Assembly (NCBI GenBank): GCA_041650415.1
Contig: JBAZLC010000001.1
Location: 66,998-130,997, forward strand
Source: Minisyncoccota bacterium
GTDB taxonomy: Bacteria > Patescibacteriota > Minisyncoccia > UBA6257 > UBA9933
DNA: 64,000 nt
Direction of reading: 5' to 3'
Shown: piece after piece, positions 46,397 through 54,634 of the stretch
Position numbering within the stretch: position 1 is the stretch's first letter
How the letters are laid out: each line of letters begins with the position of its first letter
Program-made: the position numbers and the translations under genes
Notes under the pieces: generated by a model
Database searches by the model: none
The model's input: the letters and a program-made list of their open reading frames with translations, nothing else
What the model was told of the DNA's origin: nothing

Positions 46397-48496
46397 TTAA
46401 ATATCCAAGTTCTTAACCATTGTCGCCTGGCTTTGAATGAAATGCTTTCTCGGTTCAACCACTTCACCCATCAAAATATCGAATAATCTTTCGGCTTCTT
46501 GCGCGTCTTCAACCATAACTTGTTTCAAAACCCTTCTTTCGGTATCCATGGTAGTTTCCCAAAGCTGTTCCGGATTCATTTCTCCCAAACCTTTGTAACG
46601 CTGAATTATTATTCCCGAACGTTTTTCCGAACCCGCTTCTCCTTCCACCATTTCCGCTTCTTTAATTTCTTCTTCCTCTTCTTCTTTTTCTTTGCCTTTT
46701 TCTTTCAGCTTCTTTCTAGCCAGTTTTGCGTCGGTCATCATTTTCAAAACTTTTTCTTTCTCCGCCTCATCATAGGCATATTTTATTTCTTTGCCCGATT
46801 GTAATCTGAATAACGGCGGCTGTGCTATGTATAAATGACCGCTCGTAACCACTTCGTTGAAATAACGGTAAAAGAGCGTCAAAAGCAAAGTGCGAATGTG
46901 CGCTCCGTCCACGTCGGCATCCGTAGCAATGATTATTTTATAATACCTTAGCTTGCTTAAGTCAAATTCGTCGCCGATGGCGGTGCCTATCGCCATAACC
47001 AAAGAACGAATTTCTTTATTCAAAAGCATCTTGTCTATGCGGGACTTTTCAACGTTTAAAATTTTTCCGCGCAAAGGCAAAATAGCCTGAAATCTTCTGT
47101 CGCGCGCCGATTTAGCCGAACCGCCGGCGGAGTCTCCCTCCACGATGAATAATTCCGATTCTTCCGCGTCCTTGCTCGAACAATCGGCAAGTTTTCCGGG
47201 CAAAGTCATTCCGTCTAAAATACCCTTACGCAAAACCGTTTCTTTTGCAGCTTTGGCCGCTTTTCTGGCTTTTGCAGTCAATAAACACCTTTCAACAACC
47301 ACCCTTGCCTCGGAAGAGTTCTTTTCTAAAAATTCTTTTAGAGCTTCGGCGACAACCGCTTCAACGGCCGTTCTTGCCGGCGGATTACCCAAACGTGCCT
47401 TGGTTTGGCCTTCAAATTGAGGCTCGCGAAGCTTAACCGAAACAATGGCCGACAAACCTTCACGAATATCGTCTCCTATTAAATTGTCGTCTGAACTCTT
47501 CAAATAGTTCCCACTTCTGGCGTAATCGTTCAAGCTTCTGGTAAGCGCCGAACGGAAACCGGTCAAATGCATTCCGCCGTCCGGAGTGTAAATATTGTTC
47601 GCGAAACTTAATTCCTGAGTTTCAATTTCCTGCGTATAAACAAAAGTCGCTTCCACGTCTATGTGGTCGGAAGTTTTATGAACGTAAAACGGTTCATCCT
47701 GAATCCGCTGGTTAAAGCGGTTCAAGTAAGTTATGAATGCCAAAAGCCCGCCCTCAAAACAGAAAGAATAATAATATGGAACTTCTTCGCGCCAATCGAT
47801 AATTTCTATCTTCACGCCCTTGGTTAAAAATGCTTGCTGGCGGAGATGGTCTACTATTGTTTTTTTATTAAATTCAACGTTGCCGAAAATAGATTTATCG
47901 GGCTGAAAAGTTATTTTTGTGCCGGTTGTTTTTGAAGTTCCGACTTTTTTAACTTTGTATTGGGGAATTCCGGTTTTGTATTCCTGAACATACTGCCCGC
48001 CGTCTTTGTTTACTTCCGCCTTCATCCAAGTCGAAAGCGCGTTTACAACCGAAACGCCGACGCCGTGCAAACCGCCGGAAACTTTATAAGAATCTCCGCC
48101 GAATTTACCGCCCGCGTGCAAAGTGCAAAGAGCTGTTTCAAGAGCTGATTTTTTCGTCTGTGGATGAATGTCTACCGGAATTCCTCTGCCGTCGTCGGTT
48201 ACGGAAACTTTATTTTCAGGCAAAATTTCCACTCTGATATTTTTGGCGAAACCCGCCATGGCTTCGTCCAAGCTGTTGTCGACGACTTCCCAAATTAAAT
48301 GATGCAAACCGTCGATACCGGTCGAACCGATATACATTCCCGGCCTCTTTCTGACAGGCTCCAAACCTTCTAAAACATAAATGTCTTTAGCGCTGTAAGA
48401 GGCGCTAGCCTTTAATTCGTCGCCGTTTGATTCAACGACTTTCTTCTCTTTTTCTTCCGCTTTTTCAGCGGCTTTTTTAATGATTTTTTTGGGCAT
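46397..48496 (-). CDS. gyrB: DNA gyrase subunit B.
   Basis: GHKL ATPase motifs (LEGLEPVRKRPGMYIGS, LHHLIWEVVDNSLDE), Toprim and C-terminal QRYKGLGEMN. It carries an acidic low-complexity insert (KEKGKEKEEEEEEIKEAEMVEGE) and a Lys/Glu-rich N-terminal extension. Confidence 0.85.
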   Translation of the reverse strand: MPKKIIKKAAEKAEEKEKKVVESNGDELKASASYSAKDIYVLEGLEPVRKRPGMYIGSTGIDGLHHLIWEVVDNSLDEAMAGFAKNIRVEILPENKVSVTDDGRGIPVDIHPQTKKSALETALCTLHAGGKFGGDSYKVSGGLHGVGVSVVNALSTWMKAEVNKDGGQYVQEYKTGIPQYKVKKVGTSKTTGTKITFQPDKSIFGNVEFNKKTIVDHLRQQAFLTKGVKIEIIDWREEVPYYYSFCFEGGLLAFITYLNRFNQRIQDEPFYVHKTSDHIDVEATFVYTQEIETQELSFANNIYTPDGGMHLTGFRSALTRSLNDYARSGNYLKSSDDNLIGDDIREGLSAIVSVKLREPQFEGQTKARLGNPPARTAVEAVVAEALKEFLEKNSSEARVVVERCLLTAKARKAAKAAKETVLRKGILDGMTLPGKLADCSSKDAEESELFIVEGDSAGGSAKSARDRRFQAILPLRGKILNVEKSRIDKMLLNKEIRSLVMAIGTAIGDEFDLSKLRYYKIIIATDADVDGAHIRTLLLTLFYRYFNEVVTSGHLYIAQPPLFRLQSGKEIKYAYDEAEKEKVLKMMTDAKLARKKLKEKGKEKEEEEEEIKEAEMVEGEAGSEKRSGIIIQRYKGLGEMNPEQLWETTMDTERRVLKQVMVEDAQEAERLFDILMGEVVEPRKHFIQSQATMVKNLDI

Positions 48497-48575
48497 TTTT
48501 CGAATTTTCTCAAATTAAAACACCCCTAAGGGTGCTTTAATTATACCAAAAACTAGGGTAAAAACAAGCATTAAT

Positions 48576-49313
48576 TTATTTCAAACCGAACGTCGCGCGG
48601 ACAACTGCGGTTATCTGTTTGTCTATTGAACTCGTATCGTAGTAGCCGTAATCGGAAATTTCCGTAGAGTTTACGGGCGTTATCTGCGTGACTCCCATTT
48701 GCGCCGAACGGAGGTTCCCCAATTGCGCTCCGGTGCTTTGCGCTATTTGACTTGCGCGCTCCTTCGCATTTTTGGTAGCTTCGGCCAACATTTCCACTTT
48801 TAAATTCGCAATGCCGCTGTAATAATATTCGAGGGGAAAATTATTGAGAAAAACGCCTTCGTCTACAAGAACACCCGAATTTTTCGCGATTTCGGTTATA
48901 CGATCAACTTCACCCGATTCAACCTTAACTTCCTGACTAAGAGTGTATGTTTTCTCGCGGTCCGGCGAATTCGGGTCTTTATATTCATAGTTTTGATTTA
49001 CGGTAACCGAAGAAATGGTTATCGCTTCCGCCGAAATGGAATTATCCGCCAAATATTTTTTTACAGCTTCAAAATCCTTTTTTAACAACGCATTACCCGT
49101 CCTCAACTGGCTCTCTACGGCCGTTCGTGAAAAACTGAAACGCCATTTAATAATATCCGAACGGATGGCGCGGTCGGCCGAACCCGTGACGCTGATAACG
49201 TCGGTTAACTGTTTAACTTTATAGAAATAAGAGCCGGCGATTACACCGGTAATAATTATGCATCCGCCCAATATTGCCATTGCAACAGGGAAAGATTTTG
49301 AAAAGTTTTCCAT
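48576..49313 (-). CDS. SIMPL-domain (DUF541) secreted or membrane-anchored protein.
   Basis: N-terminal transmembrane/signal sequence, then the characteristic SIMPL pattern (...VTQNYEYKD...ARASQIAQSTGAQLGNL...). Apparently leaderless: TGGTATAAT (49320-49328, minus strand) lies 6 nt upstream of the ATG. Confidence 0.65.
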   Translation of the reverse strand: MENFSKSFPVAMAILGGCIIITGVIAGSYFYKVKQLTDVISVTGSADRAIRSDIIKWRFSFSRTAVESQLRTGNALLKKDFEAVKKYLADNSISAEAITISSVTVNQNYEYKDPNSPDREKTYTLSQEVKVESGEVDRITEIAKNSGVLVDEGVFLNNFPLEYYYSGIANLKVEMLAEATKNAKERASQIAQSTGAQLGNLRSAQMGVTQITPVNSTEISDYGYYDTSSIDKQITAVVRATFGLK

Positions 49314-49354
49314 AATTTAATTATACCAGAAATTAAAATATAAACAAACGATTT

Positions 49355-49819
49355 TTAAACATTTTCCGCTTCCTCGATATTTTGTTCTAAAACATTATCA
49401 GAATTGTCAAAAAGAATTTTTCCTCTGAATTTTTTACCTTCCAAAAATAATGGCAGCCAGTAAATGTCGTCTGACCACATTTCGCCAAACGGAATTTCAT
49501 CCACGTGAAACCACTGCGGCTTCATTTCTTCGCTTTCGGCCGGCTCTCCTGAAAAATCTTTTGCCCGGAAAATATGAACTTCCAAGATTTCCAAATTACC
49601 CAAAAACTCGAATTCTATTATCCCGACTTTTTCGAAATCGCCAACTTCAATTCCCGCTTCTTCGCGAATCTCCCTTTTGGCCGCTTCTTCGATTGATTCG
49701 CCCTCGGAAACTTTTCCGCCAAATCCATTCCACCTGCCCGCGCCGAACCCGCGCTTTTTCATTCCAAGCAAAACTTTAGGATGCTGATGGATTATGCAGA
49801 GCGTTAAAAGTTTTTTCAT
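49355..49819 (-). CDS. NUDIX hydrolase (MutT-like).
   Basis: Nudix box GGKVSEGESIEEAAKREIREEAGIEV. Confidence 0.75.
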   Translation of the reverse strand: MKKLLTLCIIHQHPKVLLGMKKRGFGAGRWNGFGGKVSEGESIEEAAKREIREEAGIEVGDFEKVGIIEFEFLGNLEILEVHIFRAKDFSGEPAESEEMKPQWFHVDEIPFGEMWSDDIYWLPLFLEGKKFRGKILFDNSDNVLEQNIEEAENV

Positions 49820-50316
49820 TTAAATTTCACTTCTTCTTCGCTTTTACCCTTCAAAATCTCATCAACCATTCTAATCTCATTCCAAATTCCCTCTATTAAA
49901 TCGTAATTTTTTGCTTCTTCAAGATTTACCCACGCATATTCAACCGCGTCATCGTCAAGTTTAACTTCACCGGATTCGTAAGGCGTATAAAAACTCATCG
50001 TAATGACGGGAATTCCGTCCGGTCGGATAAATGCCAAATCCAACAAAAACTTTATGAATCCCACTTCCAAATTAACTTCCTCCTTTATTTCCCGGCGCAA
50101 AGAAGTATATAAAGCGTAATACCAATGACCATCCGCGGTTGTCGGAGGCGTGTTTGTGTAATCGTCCGTTTCCAAACCGCCGCCAGGCACGGTCCATTTG
50201 TTCGGAAACGCTTTTTTATTTGGACTGCGTTTGGTAATTAAATACTTAAACTGACCACCATCATTTTTATGAATAATGGCCGTTGAAACTATTCTATGAA
50301 GTTCTTTGTTTTCCAT
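49816..50316 (-). CDS. NUDIX hydrolase.
   Basis: Nudix box GGGLETDDY...SLRREIKEEVNLEV. It overlaps the downstream NUDIX gene by 4 nt. Confidence 0.7.
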   Translation of the reverse strand: MENKELHRIVSTAIIHKNDGGQFKYLITKRSPNKKAFPNKWTVPGGGLETDDYTNTPPTTADGHWYYALYTSLRREIKEEVNLEVGFIKFLLDLAFIRPDGIPVITMSFYTPYESGEVKLDDDAVEYAWVNLEEAKNYDLIEGIWNEIRMVDEILKGKSEEEVKFK

Positions 50317-50323
50317 ATTTTTA

Positions 50324-50671
50324 TTATTTTAATTTCCAGGCGACCAGCCCGTATTTTTTTATTTTATCACGATAACCGGGAAAACCATAGTACGCCCTTC
50401 TGGCTTCTTTTATTGATATTAACAATGGAAAAACGTCTTTTATTTTATGTTTTTTAAACACCGCTCCAATGCTTTTGTATAAGGCCGCTCCTAAAACTTT
50501 CTTTTTTAATTTTTCCACTCCACAAATAAAAATTATCGTGTCTCCTTTTCCAATTTTTCGGTAATTTTCTATAGCCGCCCTAGTTTCAACTTTTTTCTGT
50601 CCATTTTTTATCGCGTTAAAAATATCTTTATCAACCGCCCGAATTTTAAGTTTGTAAGTTTTATTTTCCAC
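50324..50671 (-). CDS. ASCH (PUA-like) domain protein.
   Basis: About 115 aa with a beta-barrel-like pattern. ...AIKNGQKKVETRAA... resembles the ASCH GxKxxExR motif. Confidence 0.5.
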   Translation of the reverse strand: MENKTYKLKIRAVDKDIFNAIKNGQKKVETRAAIENYRKIGKGDTIIFICGVEKLKKKVLGAALYKSIGAVFKKHKIKDVFPLLISIKEARRAYYGFPGYRDKIKKYGLVAWKLK

Positions 50672-52979
50672 AGCACTTTTTATACTTCTTTCCGCTTCCG
50701 CAAGGACAAGGGTCGTTGCGGCCTACCTTATCAGAACTGGCGGCTGGCGACTGATGGTTTATAACTTTTTCCGTCATTTGCTGTTGATTGACGACTTCCT
50801 GTTGAGGCTTATTCTTTTGCTCTTCCTGCCAGCGCTCGAAATTCGCAATCATTTCTTTAAACATTAAATAGCTTTCACGGCGATATTCAACTAAAGGCTC
50901 TTTTTGGCCGTATGCCCGCATCCCGACTGACTCTCTTAACGCTTCAAGATTTTCCAAATGATTCATCCATAAAACATCCAGCATCGCCAATGGCGTTCTG
51001 TCTTCTTTTGCTTCCACAAGTATATCCTGCCTCTTTTTATAAAAAGCGGTTCTTTGCTTATTCAAAACGTCGTCGTATTCCAATAAATGCTTTCTCATAT
51101 CGAAGTTCAAGCCTTCTATTTTCCTTTGCGCTTCATTTACCGCACGCGAAACCAAAGAAGATTCAATCGGTTGGTCTTCCGGAAGATTAAAACTTTCCAT
51201 TAAAGATTTTATTTTATCGCCGCCGAAAATCCTCAATAAATCGTCTTCCAAAGAAAGGAAAAATCTTGAAGAACCCGGGTCGCCCTGCCGCCCGCTTCTG
51301 CCGCGCAACTGATTGTCTATTCTTCTCGCTTCGTGGCGTTCGGTGCCGATAACGTGCAATCCGCCCAATTCTTTTACTTTTTTCGCTTGCTCGGGAGTCG
51401 CCGGATTTCCTCCCAGGATAATGTCGACTCCGCGACCCGCCATGTTTGTGGCAACGGTTACCGCTCCAAGCTTTCCGGCCTGGGCGATAATTTCTCCCTC
51501 ACGTTCGTGGTTTTTGGCATTTAAAGTTTCGTGTGGAATGCCGGCGCGCTTAAATAAGTCCGACAAAAGTTCGTTGTTTGTTATTGAGGCCGTGCCAAGT
51601 AAAACCGGCTGGCCCTTCATGTGCCGTTCCCTTGTCTCTTCAACTATCGCCCGGTACTTTGCCTCGAAATTTTTATAAATCGCGTCCGAAGAATCTTTGC
51701 GCGCAATCGGCTTGTTCGGCGGCACGCTGACAACTTCAAGATTGTAAACTTTATGGAATTCTTCGGCCGAGGTTTGAGCCGTTCCCGTCATTCCGGAAAT
51801 TTTTTCGTACAAGCGGAAATAATTCTGAATCGTGATTTGCGCAAACGTCCGGGTTTCCTGTTTTACTTCCACACCTTCTTTTGCCTCGATTGCCTGGTGA
51901 AGCCCGCCCGAATATCTTCTGCCGTGCATCATGCGCCCGGTAAATTCATCTATGATTATTATCTCGCCATTCTTAACCACATAATGTTTATCGCGATGAA
52001 ACAACGCCCTCGCTTTCAAAGATTCTTCCAAATAATGTACCAGCCGGAAATTTTGCGGGTCATAAATGTCTTTCAATCCTAAAGTTGATTCAACCTTATC
52101 TATGCCTTTATCCGTTATGCTCGCAGTTCGCGCTTTTTCATCAACTACATAATCTTCGTCTTTATCCAATCGGCTCGCTATTCTGGAGAAAATCTTGTAA
52201 AACTCGCTTGATTCCGCGTCCGGTCCGGAAATAATCAACGGTGTTCTCGCCTCGTCTATTAAAATACTGTCTACTTCGTCGATAATGGCGAAATAATGCC
52301 CTCTTTGAGTTTGCTGATTCAAATCATAGGCTAAATTGTCCCTTAAATAATCAAAACCGAATTCGGTGTTCGTGCCGTAAATAATATCGGCCAAATACGC
52401 TTCTCTTCTTGAAACCGGCCTTAAAAAATCCTGAAAAACTTTAAAAGAACCAAGCTCGTCCCGTTTTTCATCTTCCTGCGAAGCAACCGCTTTATATTCC
52501 GGGTCGTAAATAAAAGCGGCCTCGTGCATTAAACAGCCGACCGACATTCCAAGGCTGAAATAAATTTGTCCCATCCAAACGGCGTCGCGACGCGCCAAAT
52601 AATCGTTCACCGTAATCACGTGAACTCCTTTGCCCGTCAAAGAATTTAAATAAACCGGAGCCGTCGCCGCCAAAGTTTTTCCTTCGCCGGTCATCATCTC
52701 TGCGATTTTTCCCTGATGCAAAATAATTCCGCCAATAAGCTGGACGTCGAAATGCCTTTGTTTCAAAACTCTTTTTGAAGCTTCGCGGATTAAAGCAAAA
52801 GCCTCGGGCAAAATTTCGCCGAGGTCTTTTCCTTCTTGGACAAGTTTTTTAAATTCAAAACTTTTATTTTTAAGTTCTTCGCCGGATAATTTCTCAAATT
52901 CCGGTTCGAAAGAATTTATTTTTTTAACTAAAGGTTCAAAATTTTGCTTGCCGAAAATTTTTCCGATAAAGTTAAGCAT
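50661..52979 (-). CDS. secA: Preprotein translocase ATPase SecA.
   Basis: DEAD-like motor motifs (MMTGEGKTLAAT...), preprotein cross-linking and helical scaffold domains, and a C-terminal zinc-binding CPCGSGKKYKKCCG. Confidence 0.9.
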   Translation of the reverse strand: MLNFIGKIFGKQNFEPLVKKINSFEPEFEKLSGEELKNKSFEFKKLVQEGKDLGEILPEAFALIREASKRVLKQRHFDVQLIGGIILHQGKIAEMMTGEGKTLAATAPVYLNSLTGKGVHVITVNDYLARRDAVWMGQIYFSLGMSVGCLMHEAAFIYDPEYKAVASQEDEKRDELGSFKVFQDFLRPVSRREAYLADIIYGTNTEFGFDYLRDNLAYDLNQQTQRGHYFAIIDEVDSILIDEARTPLIISGPDAESSEFYKIFSRIASRLDKDEDYVVDEKARTASITDKGIDKVESTLGLKDIYDPQNFRLVHYLEESLKARALFHRDKHYVVKNGEIIIIDEFTGRMMHGRRYSGGLHQAIEAKEGVEVKQETRTFAQITIQNYFRLYEKISGMTGTAQTSAEEFHKVYNLEVVSVPPNKPIARKDSSDAIYKNFEAKYRAIVEETRERHMKGQPVLLGTASITNNELLSDLFKRAGIPHETLNAKNHEREGEIIAQAGKLGAVTVATNMAGRGVDIILGGNPATPEQAKKVKELGGLHVIGTERHEARRIDNQLRGRSGRQGDPGSSRFFLSLEDDLLRIFGGDKIKSLMESFNLPEDQPIESSLVSRAVNEAQRKIEGLNFDMRKHLLEYDDVLNKQRTAFYKKRQDILVEAKEDRTPLAMLDVLWMNHLENLEALRESVGMRAYGQKEPLVEYRRESYLMFKEMIANFERWQEEQKNKPQQEVVNQQQMTEKVINHQSPAASSDKVGRNDPCPCGSGKKYKKCCGK

Positions 52980-53298
52980 GCCGTTCGATTTTCATTTCTT
53001 TGTATTTTTTTATTTCTTGTTGGAGTTTATTGCGAACTTCATCTATCGCCAATCTGATATCGTCGCTCGTGTCTTCCGCTCTAAAAACTTTTTTCCCCAA
53101 AGTAAACGTGGCGTCGGCGCAAAAAACTTCGCCGCTCTTATGATGCTTTGTCGTTCTGGCGATTTCGACGAAAATTTCGACTTCTCCCTCTTTTTCAAAT
53201 CTCTCGAGAAACTTATCCAAAGAACCGATTTTTTCTTCAATATATTCGCGGATTGAAGGGGTTAAATCCAAATTTGTGGCTTTTATGTTTATAGTCAT
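52972..53298 (-). CDS. hpf: Ribosome hibernation promoting factor (RaiA/HPF/YfiA family).
   Basis: MTINIKATNLDLTPSIREYIEEKIGSLDKF... matches the sigma-54 modulation protein/S30EA fold. Confidence 0.8.
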   Translation of the reverse strand: MTINIKATNLDLTPSIREYIEEKIGSLDKFLERFEKEGEVEIFVEIARTTKHHKSGEVFCADATFTLGKKVFRAEDTSDDIRLAIDEVRNKLQQEIKKYKEMKIERHA

Positions 53299-53363
53299 AA
53301 TTGTTAATATGATTTAATTAATATAAATATTATACGGTTTTCGGAATATTTCACAAGCAAGGC

Positions 53364-53402
53364 AAAAAAATCCCCCCTCCGACCGAAATCGGAGGAGGGA
53401 TA
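53364..53402 (-). terminator. Strong rho-independent terminator upstream of hpf on the minus strand.
   Basis: tccctcctccga-tttcgg-tcggaggggga hairpin followed by TTTTTTT on the minus strand. It directly follows a 14-codon Lys-rich mini-ORF. Confidence 0.6.
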
Positions 53403-53667
53403 AAAGATTATTTCTTCTTTTTCTTTCCCTTTGCTTTTTTCTTAGCAGCCATTGTAATATTCGCAGGCGTTTTTATATTTTTTTTATTAAAAATTTTTAT
53501 CGCTTGCGAAAAGAATTTTTAGCCAGTGTAGGATTGTCGACCTGCCAACCGCGCTGACTATTAGAAACAAGTTCTTACCTTAATTTTAGAACAAATACAT
53601 TTAAACGTAAATGTGGATAACTCAATTTCGCAAATTATTTTTTAAAAACCGCCTTTTGAAAAAATTT

Positions 53668-54597
53668 CTACGCCAAATATTCTATTTCTTCTTCCAATTT
53701 TACTTTAAATTTTTTATAAACTTCGTTTTTAACCAACAAAATTAGCGATTTCACGTCATTTGCGGTCGCATCAAGCGCGTTAACTATAAAATTCGGATGT
53801 TTTGACGAAACCATCGCCCCACCGTAAGAAATTCCCTTAAGTCCGGCTTCGGAAATCAAATAAGCGACTGGAATTATCGGGAACGGGTCGGTTTTTATTT
53901 TACTTTTCATATTCTCGTCGATTTTTTTCATTTGTTCGAGTGGCACGTTTTTAAAAGTGCTGCCGATGCTGGGATATTCGAGCGGCTGTTTTTCTATCCG
54001 GTATTTGATATTTTTTTCCGCTATGTCGCGCATTTCTTTTTTATCGCCTTTCGGCGCAAACAAGGTCGCTTCTAAAATTATTTCACGGCTACTATTGGAC
54101 TTAAAAATACTTGAACGGTAAAAAAATTCGCATTCATCGGCGGTTCTTCTAATTATTTTTGTTTTTAGTTTTGAAATATCCAAACTAATAACTTCTTTAA
54201 CGGCATTTTTTGTTTCTCCACAAAAAGCGCCTGCGTTGCCGCGAACCGCTCCACCCAATGTTCCGGGCAACCCCGCCGCCCACTCCAAGCCGCCTATTCC
54301 TTTTTCCAAAAAATAATCAACCAGCTCATCCATTGAAGTTCCGGCGCCGACTTTTACCAAATCATCTTCCTTTTTTATAAAATTTATTTCCGGCTTCAAA
54401 ACCAATCCGTTAAAAATTTCATCGCTAAACAAAACATTCGTTCCCCCGCCCAAAATGAAAATTCTTTCTTTAGCCTGCCGGGCTTTTTCCACCCCCTTTG
54501 AAATTTCATCCACGTTTTTAGCCCGCAAAAAGAACTTCGCCGGCCCGCCGATTTTGTAATTACTATGATTTTTTAAAATAACATTTTCCTCAAACAT
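53668..54597 (-). CDS. murB: UDP-N-acetylenolpyruvoylglucosamine reductase.
   Basis: FAD-binding N-terminus (NHSNYKIGGPAKFF...ILGGGTNVL) and MurB C-terminal domain. The start is uncertain (ATG at 54597 or 54636; the track ORF extends to 54738). Confidence 0.8.
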   Translation of the reverse strand: MFEENVILKNHSNYKIGGPAKFFLRAKNVDEISKGVEKARQAKERIFILGGGTNVLFSDEIFNGLVLKPEINFIKKEDDLVKVGAGTSMDELVDYFLEKGIGGLEWAAGLPGTLGGAVRGNAGAFCGETKNAVKEVISLDISKLKTKIIRRTADECEFFYRSSIFKSNSSREIILEATLFAPKGDKKEMRDIAEKNIKYRIEKQPLEYPSIGSTFKNVPLEQMKKIDENMKSKIKTDPFPIIPVAYLISEAGLKGISYGGAMVSSKHPNFIVNALDATANDVKSLILLVKNEVYKKFKVKLEEEIEYLA

Positions 54598-54634
54598 GCC
54601 TATGTACCGTTTAGTATAAAAAATATCCGCCAGC

